A stretch of DNA of 64,000 nucleotides from Candidatus Spongiisociaceae bacterium (GTDB lineage: Bacteria; Actinomycetota; Acidimicrobiia; Spongiisociales; Spongiisociaceae): assembly GCA_965262915.1 (NCBI GenBank), contig OZ253564.1:4032001-4096000 (forward strand), written 5' to 3'. Below the pieces are notes generated by a model. The model was not told where the DNA came from, made no database searches, and saw only the letters and a list, made by a program, of their open reading frames with translations. Shown here piece by piece: positions 29,892 through 40,592 of the stretch. The position numbers and the translations under genes were made by a program. The stretch's first letter is position 1; every line of letters starts with the position of its first letter.

Positions 29892-30809
29892 TCAACCGGC
29901 CTTGCCGACCACCCCGGAGAGGTCGCACCCATGGAGTTCCTCCAACAACCCTAGGAAGGCGAGCACGGGGACGCTGTAGTGCTGGGCGCGCCGGACCAAG
30001 ACATGGGTCGGTAGGTACACCCGGTGCTCGTCGGCCATCCCTATCGGCTTGAGCCTTCCCCGTTCGACCTCGCTCCGGATCGCGCTGCGCGGCAGGAAGG
30101 ATATGCCCAGTCCGAGAGCCACCATCCGTTTGGTGGCTTCGATGCTGTCGAGCATGGTCTCGATCTGGGGAACGATCCCCGCCTCGTGGCAGGCCTGGTT
30201 GATGAGCAGGAAATAGGTCGAGCTGGGGTCGTAGAGGATGAGTGGCTGGCGCGCCACCTCCGATATGCGGGCGTAGCCCTTCTCCGCAAAAGGGTGATCG
30301 GGATACGTCACGAGAACGATCTCCTCGTCGTACAGGTAGATCGAGTGGACGTCCGGATGGACGAGACCCCTCGACAGGCCGATGTCCACGACACCGTCGA
30401 TGATCATCGCCAGCACGTCGGTGGACCGTCCGGTGCGTATCCGGGCCGAGACCTGAGGGTGACGGCGCTGGAAACGGTCGAGGGTCGGGGGAAGCATGTA
30501 GGTCCCGATGGTGCGGGCCGACCCGATCGTGATAGTGCCCTGCTGCTCGTCAAGGGTCTGGCGGACGGCTTCTCGGCCCTTGTCGAGGAACTCGAGAACC
30601 CGCTCGGCGAAGGGAAGAAACGCCTCCCCGGCCTCGGTCAACCGGACGCCTCGTCCCAGACGGTGGAAGAGCGGGGTGCGCAACTCGCGCTCCAAGGACT
30701 TGATCCGGGCGCTGAGTGACGGCTGGCTCACAAAGGAGGCGCGAGCCGCTCCCCGGAAGCTGCCCATCCTGGCCGCGGCCAGAAAGGACTCGAGTTGCCT
30801 GAACTCCAT
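29892..30809 (-). CDS. LysR-family transcriptional regulator
   Basis: [31 protein letters not shown]. Confidence 0.95.
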   Translation of the reverse strand: MEFRQLESFLAAARMGSFRGAARASFVSQPSLSARIKSLERELRTPLFHRLGRGVRLTEAGEAFLPFAERVLEFLDKGREAVRQTLDEQQGTITIGSARTIGTYMLPPTLDRFQRRHPQVSARIRTGRSTDVLAMIIDGVVDIGLSRGLVHPDVHSIYLYDEEIVLVTYPDHPFAEKGYARISEVARQPLILYDPSSTYFLLINQACHEAGIVPQIETMLDSIEATKRMVALGLGISFLPRSAIRSEVERGRLKPIGMADEHRVYLPTHVLVRRAQHYSVPVLAFLGLLEELHGCDLSGVVGKAG

Positions 30810-30829
30810 TTACCCCGCTCCGCCCTAGC

Positions 30830-30846
30830 GATAGTTATAGCCTATC
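30830..30846. promoter_or_regulatory. LysR recognition site (T-N11-A)
   Basis: GATAG-TTATAGC-CTATC with perfect arms between lysR and aceA. Confidence 0.7.
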
Positions 30847-31004
30847 ACTTCGATCCAAAGAAGGGGGCGGGGTTTATCGCCCGAAAACACCTCATACTGC
30901 TTCGGTTTCGACCATGCTTCCCCGAACGGCCCCACAGCGGAACCACGGGAAGGTGCGGGGTCACTGAGTCAATCCGAGATCGGTACCCGGAAGGGGTAGG
31001 AGTC

Positions 31005-32297
31005 ATGTCGATGAATGGCCGGAGCAGGTTCCGGAGAGCTGCTGCTCTCCAAGCCCGTTGGGACCAGGAGGCAAGGTGGCAGGGCATAGAGCGCCGCTAC
31101 ACCGCCCACGACGTACTCCGTCTGCGGGGCAGCCTCAGGATCGAGCACAGCATCGCCCGGGCCGGCGCCGATCGACTCTGGCACCTCCTGCAAACCGAGC
31201 CCATCATCCGTACCTTCGGCGCCCTGACCGGAGCCCAGGCGGTCCAGATGGTGAAAGCCGGACTGAAGGCTCTCTATCTGAGCGGCTGGCAGGTCGCCGC
31301 CGATGCCAACCTTTCGGGCCAGACCTACCCGGATCAGGGCCTCTACCCGTCCAACAGCGTGCCGAGCGCTATCAAGCGGATCAACAACGCTCTGACCCGC
31401 GCCGACCAGATCGCCACCATCAACGGCGAGACTGGCAGGAACTGGTTCGCCCCGATCGTGGCCGATGCGGAAGCCGGATTCGGCGGTCCTATCCATGGTT
31501 TCGAATTGATGAAGGCGATGATCGAAGCGGGCGCGGCCGGCGTTCACTTCGAGGATCAACTCGCCTCCGAGAAGAAGTGTGGGCACATGGGCGGCAAGGT
31601 CCTGGTTCCGACCTCTCAATTCATCCGCACGCTCACCGCCGCCCGGCTCGCCGCCGACGTGATGGACGTGCCGACCATAATCATGGCGAGAACCGACGCA
31701 CGCGACGCCAGGCTCCTGATGAGCGACGCCGACGAACGTGACCATCGTTTCTTGACCGGGGAGCGAACCCCAGAGGGTTATCACGGAGTTCGGGGCGGGA
31801 TGAAGGCCGCCACGGAGCGGTCGCTGGCGTACGCTCCCTACGCCGATCTCCTATGGTTCGAGACCTCCCGGCCGGACCTCGAGGAAGCGGCGGCCTTCGC
31901 AGAAACGATCCATGCCAGGTTCCCCGGCAAGCTGCTGGCCTACAACTGCTCCCCGTCCTTCAACTGGAGGCACCACCTGAGCGACCGCCAGATCGCCAAC
32001 TTCCAGGATCGGATCGCCGCGCTGGGCTACAGGTTCCAGTTCATCACCCTGGCAGGATGGCATCTTCTCAACTACCACACCTTCGATCTGGCCCGGTCCT
32101 ACGACACGTCCGGGATGGCTGCCTACAGCCGGTTGCAGCAAACCGAGATCAACTCGGAGTCCCTCGGGTACACCGCGACCAAACACCAGGCAGAGGTAGG
32201 CGCCGGGTATTTCGACGAGGTGGTACAGATCACAACAGGTGGCCGAGCCTCGACCCTGGCGCTGATCGGATCCACCGAGTCGAAGCAGTTCGACTGA
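31005..32297 (+). CDS. aceA: Isocitrate lyase
   Basis: [36 protein letters not shown] and QFITLAG. Confidence 0.97.
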   Translation: MSMNGRSRFRRAAALQARWDQEARWQGIERRYTAHDVLRLRGSLRIEHSIARAGADRLWHLLQTEPIIRTFGALTGAQAVQMVKAGLKALYLSGWQVAADANLSGQTYPDQGLYPSNSVPSAIKRINNALTRADQIATINGETGRNWFAPIVADAEAGFGGPIHGFELMKAMIEAGAAGVHFEDQLASEKKCGHMGGKVLVPTSQFIRTLTAARLAADVMDVPTIIMARTDARDARLLMSDADERDHRFLTGERTPEGYHGVRGGMKAATERSLAYAPYADLLWFETSRPDLEEAAAFAETIHARFPGKLLAYNCSPSFNWRHHLSDRQIANFQDRIAALGYRFQFITLAGWHLLNYHTFDLARSYDTSGMAAYSRLQQTEINSESLGYTATKHQAEVGAGYFDEVVQITTGGRASTLALIGSTESKQFD

Positions 32298-32308
32298 CCC
32301 GCCCGCTC

Positions 32309-32345
32309 TTGACCTTCCGAGCCAGTGGACGTACAGTGGCCGTAC
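32309..32345 (+). promoter_or_regulatory. Sigma-70-type promoter with GTAC-N7-GTAC operator for the TA pair
   Basis: TTGACC-17 nt-TACAGT overlapping gtacagtggccgtac. Confidence 0.6.
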
Positions 32346-32365
32346 ACACCGAGGAGGTACTTAAC

Positions 32366-32653
32366 ATGGCTACACGTACCGAACGGCGGCGTAGCCGGCG
32401 TCTCGAGGTCCGTACAACGCCCGAGGAACGGGCGTTGATCGATCTTGCGGTTACCGCATCTGGTACAGACCTCACCAGTTTTGTGGTAAAGAACCTGACC
32501 GTGGCTGCGCGGCGGGTACTGGCCGACCGGTCCGAGTTCACGTTGGGTCCGGACGCGCAGCGGGTCTGGGAGGAGATCAACCGGCGACCGGCCCGGAACC
32601 TTCCTGAACTGAGGGAGTTCATGCAGCGACCATCGCCCTTCGTCAAGGGGTGA
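32366..32653 (+). CDS. DUF1778 (TacA-type RHH) antitoxin
   Basis: RLEVRTTPEERALIDLA, LTSFV and ARRVLADR; GAGGAGG RBS. Confidence 0.9.
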   Translation: MATRTERRRSRRLEVRTTPEERALIDLAVTASGTDLTSFVVKNLTVAARRVLADRSEFTLGPDAQRVWEEINRRPARNLPELREFMQRPSPFVKG

Positions 32654-33168
32654 CGAAACTATATCTCCCGCCGCGACTGCTGGAACCCCACCACGACATC
32701 GACCAATTCCTGTGCCGATCCGACGAGCAGACCTGGTGGCTGCGCCATCACGCCCGCCAGGCCGGAACGATGGGCACCGCCAAGGTCCTCATTGTCACGC
32801 GACCATGCAACGTGGAGGTCGTTGCGTATTACGCGTGGTGTATGGGCCGCATCAGGATCGCTGATGCGCCAAACCGACTGCGCACAGGAGCAGGTCGGTA
32901 CCCGCAGCCCGTCGCTCTCCTGACCCGCCTCGGGGTTTCGATCCGCCACGAGCGCCGGGGGCTCGGCACAGGGCTATTGCAAGATGTGATCGGCCGTACT
33001 GCTCAACTCGGAACCGAGATCGGGTGCCGAGGACTCCTCGTGCATGCCGAGACCACCGAGGCCCGGGACTTCTACCTCCATCTCGTCCCAGCCTTCGAGC
33101 CATCGCCCACCGATCCCCTCCATCTTGTCCTACTCATGAAGGACCCCCATAAGGCACTCCGTTCTTGA
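32650..33168 (+). CDS. GNAT acetyltransferase toxin (TacT-type)
   Basis: PVALLTRLGV..RRGLGTGLL, LLVHA..ARDFY and SPTDPLHL; GTGA overlap with the antitoxin. Confidence 0.9.
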   Translation: MTKLYLPPRLLEPHHDIDQFLCRSDEQTWWLRHHARQAGTMGTAKVLIVTRPCNVEVVAYYAWCMGRIRIADAPNRLRTGAGRYPQPVALLTRLGVSIRHERRGLGTGLLQDVIGRTAQLGTEIGCRGLLVHAETTEARDFYLHLVPAFEPSPTDPLHLVLLMKDPHKALRS

Positions 33169-33183
33169 GGCGGCCTTCCGGAG

Positions 33184-34446
33184 TCAGGGCGAGAAGCGGT
33201 ACACGACGGGTAGCTCTCCGGGTTCCGTGACAGCGGAATCGGTGTGGTGGGATATGTGTACGCGCCCCGTTCCACAGTCGCCGAAGTCGTCACAGGAAAT
33301 GGTGCCCACGATGCCGCTGAAACCGCTGGTGGCGGTCATCGCTGACCGGAGTCCGGCCCGGTCGATGAAGAGCGTGTCTCCGTCGGCTACCGCAACCTCC
33401 TCGATGGCCCGCAGGAGAACGGTGGTCGCGTCGTAGGCGTGCGCCAGGTAAGCGGATGTGGGCTCCTCGCTGTACAAGGCTCGATACTCCGCGATGAGTT
33501 CGCCGCCGCTCCTGCCGGTTGCCTGGTTGGCGTTTCCACCGAACCCCGACTCCGGACCCGGCAGGTAAATCCCCTCCGACTCCGGAACCGAGAGGAACTC
33601 GGAGACCAGCAGCGCCGCGCCGCCTATCAGGGTCACGCCCCCGAGTCCGGCAATCTGACCGATCTGGCGGACCATGTGCATACCTTCGTCCTGGAAGAGC
33701 GGGAAGAACAGCCCGTCGGGGCTTCCGGCGGAAATCCGAGTGAGGACGGGAACCATGTACGTGTCTCCCCTGCTGACGGAGGTGATGGCAACCGAACCAC
33801 CGTACTCCTCGAAGGCGGTTGCGAAAGCCCCGGTGAGCCCGGTCGTGTAGGGGTCACCGTCATGGACAGCGGCCATCGACCTCAGCCGGAGTTCGTTGTA
33901 GGCGAACTCAGCCACCGCCCGGGCCTGATGGAGGTCGTTGGTGGACAGCCTGTAGAAGCCGGCGTAGTAGTTGGAACCGGCGGTGCCCCGGAGGTCGGAG
34001 GTCAGCGAGGGAGAGGTTGTGGTGGGTGAGACCATGACGAGGCCGGCCTCGCTGAGGAGCGGTGAGGCGGCAGCCGCTGCGACAGAGCAGGACGTACCGA
34101 CAACCGCCACCACGCGGGGGTCCCCGATCACCGCTTCGGCAGCTGCCCGGCCGCCCTCCGCCGAGCAGAGGGAGTCGAGGCCGGCGCCCATCGAGACATC
34201 GTGTCCCTCGATGGGGCCGTAGTCGGCTATCGCCAGAGCGACACCACGCTGGCTGGGAACACCCAGGTCACCCAACCCGGTCAGCACGGCCAGCGAGCGT
34301 ATCTGGATATCGTCGCCGGGACCGACCTCGACGGCTCCGAGCGGACCCGGTTGGAAATCCGGTGAAGCGCAGGAGAAGCCCGCCAGCACTACCATGCATA
34401 GCAGCCCGAGCCGGAGAGACTTCCCAGGACGGGATCGGAAGTCCAT
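33184..34446 (-). CDS. Branched-chain amino acid-type ABC substrate-binding lipoprotein
   Basis: Lipobox, VVGTSCS, FYRLSTND.HQ and AHAYDAT. Confidence 0.88.
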   Translation of the reverse strand: MDFRSRPGKSLRLGLLCMVVLAGFSCASPDFQPGPLGAVEVGPGDDIQIRSLAVLTGLGDLGVPSQRGVALAIADYGPIEGHDVSMGAGLDSLCSAEGGRAAAEAVIGDPRVVAVVGTSCSVAAAAASPLLSEAGLVMVSPTTTSPSLTSDLRGTAGSNYYAGFYRLSTNDLHQARAVAEFAYNELRLRSMAAVHDGDPYTTGLTGAFATAFEEYGGSVAITSVSRGDTYMVPVLTRISAGSPDGLFFPLFQDEGMHMVRQIGQIAGLGGVTLIGGAALLVSEFLSVPESEGIYLPGPESGFGGNANQATGRSGGELIAEYRALYSEEPTSAYLAHAYDATTVLLRAIEEVAVADGDTLFIDRAGLRSAMTATSGFSGIVGTISCDDFGDCGTGRVHISHHTDSAVTEPGELPVVYRFSP

Positions 34447-34748
34447 TTGCCCTAGCCCTCCTATTCCTCACCTCACGACCACCCGGATCGGCACGGGTCA
34501 TCTCCGGCGCGGACCCTAGCGGATCTCGCGTGCGCAGGGAACGGCCATGGCTGATGGCGCGCTGAACTTTCGGGCCGCGGCCGGGCGGGGCGGAGAGCCC
34601 GTGGAAAGCGTCCGTACGACCCGCCAGACCGGAACCTGCTCGCTCGGTCACGTTCCCAATCCGGTTGACCGCTCATTCGTACTCCTTCCTGAGGTTGTCC
34701 GTTGGTGATCTCCCGTATGAGATGTATGCTCGCTCGGTAGGAAACTAT

Positions 34749-35642
34749 ATGAAACCGCCACCGTTCAGATATGCGCGTCCGGAGACCCTCGACAAGGTCC
34801 TCCACCTCCTAGAGGAATATGACGGCGGGGCCAGGGTGCTGGCAGGTGGCCAGAGCCTGATACCGATCCTGAACTTCCGTTTGGCCCGGCCGGAGGTCCT
34901 GGTCGATATCGCGCTGGTGAGAACTGCGGCACATCAGGGTCAAGGATGGGATGCTCCGCATCGGTGCCGCGGTTACTCAGAACACGGTTGAGCGCTCCGC
35001 CGAGGTGGCCCGTGTCTGCCCTCTGCTGGGCAACTGCGGCCGCTACCGGTTCAGAACACGTGGCGCTCCGCCATCTGGGCAGGCCGACCGTTCGTGGGGC
35101 ACCGGGTTCGAGGAACGGTCGTGGGAAGCATCGCGCATGCCGACCCGGCTGCGGAACTTCCGGCCGTTGCCCTCGCCCTGGATGCGACCATGGTGGTGCG
35201 ATCCGCCACCGCCGAGAGGGCTATCCCGGCGAGCCGGTTCTTTCTCGGACCGTTCACCACAGCTCTGCAACCTGGCGAGATCCTGGTGGAGGTGCGGTTC
35301 CCGACTTCGAGAAAGACCCGGGCCGCGGTCACCGAGGTCGCCCCACGGTCCGGCGACTTCGCCATTGCGGGCGTTGCCGGGAAGCTTCGCACCGCCCGAG
35401 GCGGGAAGGTACGAGAGATCGGCTTGGCACTGTTCGGCTTGGGGGGAGTCCCCCAGCGCCTCCACGAGGTGGAAGCCCGGCTCCTGGGACAGCGACTCAC
35501 CACACACCGGCTCGACGAGATGGCGCACCTGACGATGCGGACAGCCGATGCGGACTCCCATGATGTCCACGCCGACGCCGGCTACCGGGCTCGGGTAGCC
35601 GGCGAGCTCGTGCGTCGCGCCGTCGCGGAGATGGCGCGGTGA
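34749..35642 (+). pseudogene. Xanthine dehydrogenase-family FAD-binding subunit, multiple frameshifts
   Basis: MKPPPFRYARP, LAGGQSL, LRIGA and RGTVVGSIAHADP fall in different frames (breaks near 34920 and 35030-35100). Confidence 0.85.
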
Positions 35643-36127
35643 GACCCGTACCGGAGCCGTCCGACCGGCTGGCGGTCTCGATGTCCGTGAACAGGCGTCT
35701 CACGGAGCGAACGGTGGATGCCCGGAAGCTGCTGGCGGATTTCCTGCGGGAGGACCTCGGCCTCACGGGGACCCATATCGGTTGCGAGCATGGCGCATGC
35801 GGCGCTTGCACCGTGCTGGTGGGCAGCCAACCCGTCCGGTCGTGCATCATGCTGGCGGTCCAGGCGGACGGGTGCGAGGTGACAACGGTCGAGGGCATTA
35901 CCCCCGATAACGGCCTCAACCCCATGCAGCAGGCCTTCAAGGACCACCACGGCCTCCAATGCGGCTTCTGCACACCCGGCTTCCTGATGACCCTTTCAGG
36001 CGTCGAACCCGATGACTATCCCGATGAGGGCAGTATCCGCGAGTTGCTGGCCGGGAACCTGTGCCGCTGTACGGGGTACGAGGGCATCGTCGACGCCGTG
36101 ATGGCTGCCTGGGACCGCGAACGATGA
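35639..36127 (+). CDS. (2Fe-2S) small subunit, CoxS/XdhC-like
   Basis: GCEHGACGAC, QCGFC and NLCRCTGY. Confidence 0.95.
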   Translation: MRPVPEPSDRLAVSMSVNRRLTERTVDARKLLADFLREDLGLTGTHIGCEHGACGACTVLVGSQPVRSCIMLAVQADGCEVTTVEGITPDNGLNPMQQAFKDHHGLQCGFCTPGFLMTLSGVEPDDYPDEGSIRELLAGNLCRCTGYEGIVDAVMAAWDRER

Positions 36128-38496
36128 CCACCCGCCCCACCTATATCGGTGCCCAAGTGGCGAGGGTCGAGGACGACCGTCTGCTCTCAGGAGCGGGCCG
36201 CTTCGTTGCCGACGTGTCGCTGCCCGGGATGCTGGACGCGTCCTTCTACCGGAGTCCACTTCCCCACGCCCTCATCGAAGGGGTGGACGCCACCGACGTG
36301 ATGGGTATTCCGGGCGTGGAAGGGGTCTTCACCGCGGCGGACATGACCGAGGTTGCACCCTTCCCGGACTTCGACAAGCACGCCCGGCCCGTGCGCATGT
36401 TCGCGATGGCTCGGGACAAGGTGCGGTACGTCGGGGCGCCTATCGCGGTGGTGGTCGCGCCGGACCGGTACGAGGCGGAGGACGCCCGGGACCTTCTGGT
36501 CGTCGACCTCGAACCGCTCGACCCCGTCGCCTCCGTGGACGATGCCCTGGCCGCAGGAGCCCCCCTCCTCTATCCGGAGTGGCCGGACAACGTCGTCATC
36601 GACTTCCCGGTAGCCAACCCGGAAGCGATAGCCGAGTTCGACGGGAGAATGACGGTCTCGGGTCGCTACGAAGTGGGGCGTCACGCCGGCGTACCAATGG
36701 AGACGAGGGGGGTGGTGGCCGAGTTCCGGGAAGGGCGCCTGACGGTTTGGACCTCCACCCAGTTCCCTCACATCGCCCGGACGATGCTGTCGTACTGCCT
36801 GCCGCTGGACGAGATGGACATCCGGGTGATCGTGCCCGATGTCGGAGGAGGTTTCGGCGTCAAGGCCGAGTTCTATGTGGAAGAGGTAACGATCGCCTGG
36901 CTCGCCATGAAGCTCGGACGGCCGGTCCGGTGGATCGAGGACCGGCGGGAGCACCTGGTCGCGGCGTGCCACGCCCGTGACCTGGTTCTCGACCTCGAGG
37001 CCGCTGTGGATGACCAGGGTCGCTTCCACGCAGTACGGGGGATGGCCATCCAGGATCTCGGAGCGGCCGAGATGTACCCCTACGGTTTCTCGCCCGCCTT
37101 CACCGCCATCGGCCACATCACCGGCCCGTACCGCATCCCCCACCAATCGGTGGGCCTTCTGGTCGTAGCCACCAACAAGACTCCGTGCGGCGCATACCGT
37201 GGTTTCGGGATCCCGGAGGCGACCTTCGCCATCGAGCGTCTCATGGACAAGGCAGCCGGGCGACTCGGTCTCGACCGCGACGAGATCCGGCGCCGCAACC
37301 TGATCGGGCAGGAGGACATCCCGTACACGACCTCGGCAGGCGCCGTGGTCGACTCGGGAAGCCATCGTGAAGCCTTCGAGGAAACCGTCCGTCTCACCTC
37401 CGAGAGGCTGGAACGCTGGCGGGAGAAGCTGGGCGACGATCCTCGTGTAAGGGTGGGATCGGGCGTGATCAACTACATAGAGGGGGTGACCCCCACCTAT
37501 TTCATGACCTCGGGTCACTGGACCGGTTTCGACTCGTGCACGATACGGATCAACCCCGACGGGACGGTGGTCGTGGCGGTGGGCGTCTCCACGTCGGGCC
37601 AGGGCTTGGAGTCCATGCTGACCACCCTCGCCGCCGAGGCTCTGGGCGTCCGGCCCGATCAGGTGCGCGTCGTGATGGGCGACACCGACCGGACCCCGTA
37701 CGGGCTGGGAAGCTGGGGCAGCAGAAGCACCAATGTCGCTTCGGGCGCCCTTCGGATCGCTTCCGGCCTGCTCCTGGACAAGGCGATCCTGATAGCAGCC
37801 CACCTCATGGAAGCGTCCCCCGAGGATATCGAAGCCTACGGAGGTTCGTTCACGGTGAGGGGCAGTCCCGGACCGTCGGTCACTTGGCAACAGGTGGCGA
37901 CCGCGGCCAACATCAGGACCCTCGACCTGCCCGAGGGCGTCGATCCGGGCCTGGAGGCGACCGCCACCTACGACCCGCCGGGAATCGAACACATACCGGA
38001 CGAGTACGGGCGGGTCAACGCAGCCGCCACCTACACCAACGCCTCCCACGCAGCCATCGTGTCAGTAGATATAGGGACCGGTCAGGTGCGAGTCCTCGAC
38101 TACATAGTTGCTCACGACTGCGGCACGGTGATCAACCCCCAGATCGTCAGGGGACAGGTGGTCGGCGGGATCGCCCAGGGAATAGGAGGAGCACTCCTGG
38201 AGAAACTCCACTACGACGAATGGGCGAATCCCCTGTCAACCTCGTTTCTCGACTACCACCTTCCCACCACCACGGAGATCCCGAACATGGTGGTCCGGCA
38301 TTTCGAGTCGCCGGCGCCGGAGATGCCTTGGGGCGCGAAGGGGGCCGGCGAGGCCGGGATCATCGGTCCGGCCCCGGCCATCGCGGCCGCCGTCGAGGAA
38401 GCGATGGGAGGTTCCTCCGCCATGGCTGAGATCACCCGCACGCCGATCACCGCGCCCTACGTGTTGAGCCTGATTCCCGCCCCTCACCAGCCGTAG
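36124..38496 (+). CDS. Xanthine dehydrogenase-family molybdopterin-binding subunit
   Basis: GGGFGVK, AYRGFG, GQG, GSWGSRS and AKGAGE. Confidence 0.93.
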   Translation: MTTRPTYIGAQVARVEDDRLLSGAGRFVADVSLPGMLDASFYRSPLPHALIEGVDATDVMGIPGVEGVFTAADMTEVAPFPDFDKHARPVRMFAMARDKVRYVGAPIAVVVAPDRYEAEDARDLLVVDLEPLDPVASVDDALAAGAPLLYPEWPDNVVIDFPVANPEAIAEFDGRMTVSGRYEVGRHAGVPMETRGVVAEFREGRLTVWTSTQFPHIARTMLSYCLPLDEMDIRVIVPDVGGGFGVKAEFYVEEVTIAWLAMKLGRPVRWIEDRREHLVAACHARDLVLDLEAAVDDQGRFHAVRGMAIQDLGAAEMYPYGFSPAFTAIGHITGPYRIPHQSVGLLVVATNKTPCGAYRGFGIPEATFAIERLMDKAAGRLGLDRDEIRRRNLIGQEDIPYTTSAGAVVDSGSHREAFEETVRLTSERLERWREKLGDDPRVRVGSGVINYIEGVTPTYFMTSGHWTGFDSCTIRINPDGTVVVAVGVSTSGQGLESMLTTLAAEALGVRPDQVRVVMGDTDRTPYGLGSWGSRSTNVASGALRIASGLLLDKAILIAAHLMEASPEDIEAYGGSFTVRGSPGPSVTWQQVATAANIRTLDLPEGVDPGLEATATYDPPGIEHIPDEYGRVNAAATYTNASHAAIVSVDIGTGQVRVLDYIVAHDCGTVINPQIVRGQVVGGIAQGIGGALLEKLHYDEWANPLSTSFLDYHLPTTTEIPNMVVRHFESPAPEMPWGAKGAGEAGIIGPAPAIAAAVEEAMGGSSAMAEITRTPITAPYVLSLIPAPHQP

Positions 38497-38500
38497 GTGT

Positions 38501-38790
38501 GTGCGCCCGACTACTCGGGACCGGATGAGTCGCCCCATTGACCCGAGGCCGTCGAGGCCGGGGGGGCGGCTCCGCGCGGTATCGGTGGTCGTCTCGGTGG
38601 TTGCCGGGCTCGTCACCACCACCGGCGCCGGTACCGCCCGTGGCAGCCCCCACGACGCGGCCCTGTCGGCTCTGGAGGCCGAGGGCGTTCTCGAGAACAC
38701 CCGTTGCTACGACGGGTCCAACTGTCCTGACCAGCCCATTCCGCGCTGGGTGATGGCGGTGTGGCTATCCGCCGGGTAGAGGACACCGGT
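38501..38790 (+). pseudogene. N-terminal remnant of an SLH-domain surface protein
   Basis: Signal-like segment, then HDAALSALEAEGVLENTRC..CPDQPIPRWVMAVWL, truncated. Confidence 0.6.
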
Positions 38791-38820
38791 CGGGAACGAA
38801 GGACAGCTAGCATCCGTCCG

Positions 38821-39327
38821 ATGACCGAACTCAGCGCACAGGACGAACACCTTCTCCGGCGGGCCATCGAACTCTCCGCCAGTGCAGCAGCCAAGGGCAA
38901 CATGGCTTTCGGCGCCCTGCTCGCCAACCCTGCCGGCAACGTGCTTCTCGAAGCGGAGAACACGACCTTCACCGAGAACAACGCCCTTCGACACGCCGAG
39001 ACCAACCTCATCGAGAGGGCGGTCACCACCCTCATGCCAGAACAGATCGCGACCGCCACCCTCTACACCAGTTGCGAACCGTGCGCCATGTGCAGCGGCG
39101 CAATGTACTGGGGCGGGCTCACCCGGATGGTCTACGCGATGTCCGAACACGACCTCCTGGACATCACCGGGACCAACGAGCACTGCCCGACCATGCGAGG
39201 GGTCGGATGCAGGAACATCCTCGAAACCGGCCAGCGGCACATCGAGGTAAGCGGACCGCATCTGGTCGGCGAAGCGTGCGCCGTCCAACACGTCTACTTC
39301 GGCACACAACCCGCGGACGGGCGGTAG
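38821..39327 (+). CDS. Cytidine-deaminase-fold nucleobase deaminase (GuaD/TadA-like)
   Basis: FGALL, HAE and LYTSCEPCAMC; TAGCAT -10 lies 7 nt before the ATG. Confidence 0.9.
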   Translation: MTELSAQDEHLLRRAIELSASAAAKGNMAFGALLANPAGNVLLEAENTTFTENNALRHAETNLIERAVTTLMPEQIATATLYTSCEPCAMCSGAMYWGGLTRMVYAMSEHDLLDITGTNEHCPTMRGVGCRNILETGQRHIEVSGPHLVGEACAVQHVYFGTQPADGR

Positions 39328-39472
39328 TAGGCGAGACCTGACAGATCCCTCACTCGCCGTAGCCCGTTGCACCACACCCGGCTCAAGGCGACCGGCAGAC
39401 CTGACGATGCAACCGGGCGTTCGATCGGATACCCTGACCCGGCCGCAGGGCACGATGGCTAGCATCCGTCCG

Positions 39473-40465
39473 ATGACCGAACTCAGCGCACAGGACTCGC
39501 TCCTCCTCCAACGAGCCATCGAGGTTTCCGCCAGGTCGGTGGCCCATGGGAATATGCCTTTCGGTGCGCTTATGGCCGATCCTGACGGCAACATCCTCCT
39601 GGTGGCGGAGAACACCGGTATCACCGGGCGCAACACCCTCAACCACGCCGAGACCATCCTCATGAACATGGCGGTGACCACCCTGACTCCCGAGCAGATC
39701 GCCACCGCCACCCTCTACACCAGCTGCGAACCCTGCGCCATGTGCAGCGGCGCAATGTACTGGGGCGGGCTCACCCGGATGGTCTACGGCATGAGCGAAC
39801 TGGACCTGCTGGAGATCACCGGCGCCGATCCCCGTACCGCAACGATGCGAGGAGTGGGCTGCCGCAACATCCTCAACAGCGGACAGCGCCAAATCGAAGT
39901 GAGCGGACCCCACCTGGTCGAGGAAGCCTCGGCGGTGCATGTCGACTTCTATGCTGCCGGGCCCCCGGCGAGTATGACGAGCGAACTGAGCGAACAGGAC
40001 CAACGACTGCTGCGGCGGGCCATCGAGGTGGCCACCAGATCGGTTGCCAACGGGAACCTTCCCTTCGGCGGGTTGCTGGCCGACCCCGAAGGCAACGTCC
40101 TGCTGGAGGCGGAGAACTCCGACATCACCGGCAAGAGCCCCCTGAACCACGCCGAGACCAACCTGATGAGAATGGCCGTGGAAACCCTCACGCGTGAGCA
40201 GATCGCCACCGCCACCCTCTACACCAGTTGCGAGCCGTGCGCCATGTGCAGCGGCGCCATGTACTGGGGCGGGCTCAACCGGATGGTCTACGGCATGAGC
40301 GAACACGGTCTGAAGGAGTTCACCGGCGCCAACCCGCTCAACCCGACCATGCGGGGAGTCGGATGCCGCAATATCCTGCAGAGCGGCCAGCGCCACATCG
40401 AGGTGAGCGGACCCCACCTCATCGAGGAAGCTTCGGTGGTGCATCGGGACTTCTGGACCAACTGA
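39473..40465 (+). CDS. Tandem two-domain CDA-fold deaminase
   Basis: Two complete HAE...PCAMC domains; same TAGCAT leaderless upstream sequence. Confidence 0.9.
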   Translation: MTELSAQDSLLLQRAIEVSARSVAHGNMPFGALMADPDGNILLVAENTGITGRNTLNHAETILMNMAVTTLTPEQIATATLYTSCEPCAMCSGAMYWGGLTRMVYGMSELDLLEITGADPRTATMRGVGCRNILNSGQRQIEVSGPHLVEEASAVHVDFYAAGPPASMTSELSEQDQRLLRRAIEVATRSVANGNLPFGGLLADPEGNVLLEAENSDITGKSPLNHAETNLMRMAVETLTREQIATATLYTSCEPCAMCSGAMYWGGLNRMVYGMSEHGLKEFTGANPLNPTMRGVGCRNILQSGQRHIEVSGPHLIEEASVVHRDFWTN

Positions 40466-40555
40466 CCCATAGCGGTCTTGACAAGGTCTGATGCGGAACC
40501 GAACGAGCGGGCCCGGTCAGTGGGCATGCGGTGCTGACTTGCCTTAATAGTGACG

Positions 40556-40585
40556 CTTGCGCAAATGCGCAAGTAGTGGTATAAC
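40556..40585 (+). promoter_or_regulatory. Leaderless promoter with palindromic operator
   Basis: CTTGCGCA-AA-TGCGCAAG over -35 TTGCGC; 17 nt to TATAAC; ATG 7 nt later. Confidence 0.7.
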
Positions 40586-40592
40586 AGCAATC

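Noticed and set aside
36124-38496. Aerobic CO dehydrogenase (coxL), given the CoxD/E-like genes nearby
   Set aside because: The active-site loop is AYRGFG (TFRGFG in the second copy), not AYxCSFR.
38821-40465. tadA
   Set aside because: Triplicated, lacks the TadA-typical EVPVGA and TLEPC segments, and sits in a catabolic context.
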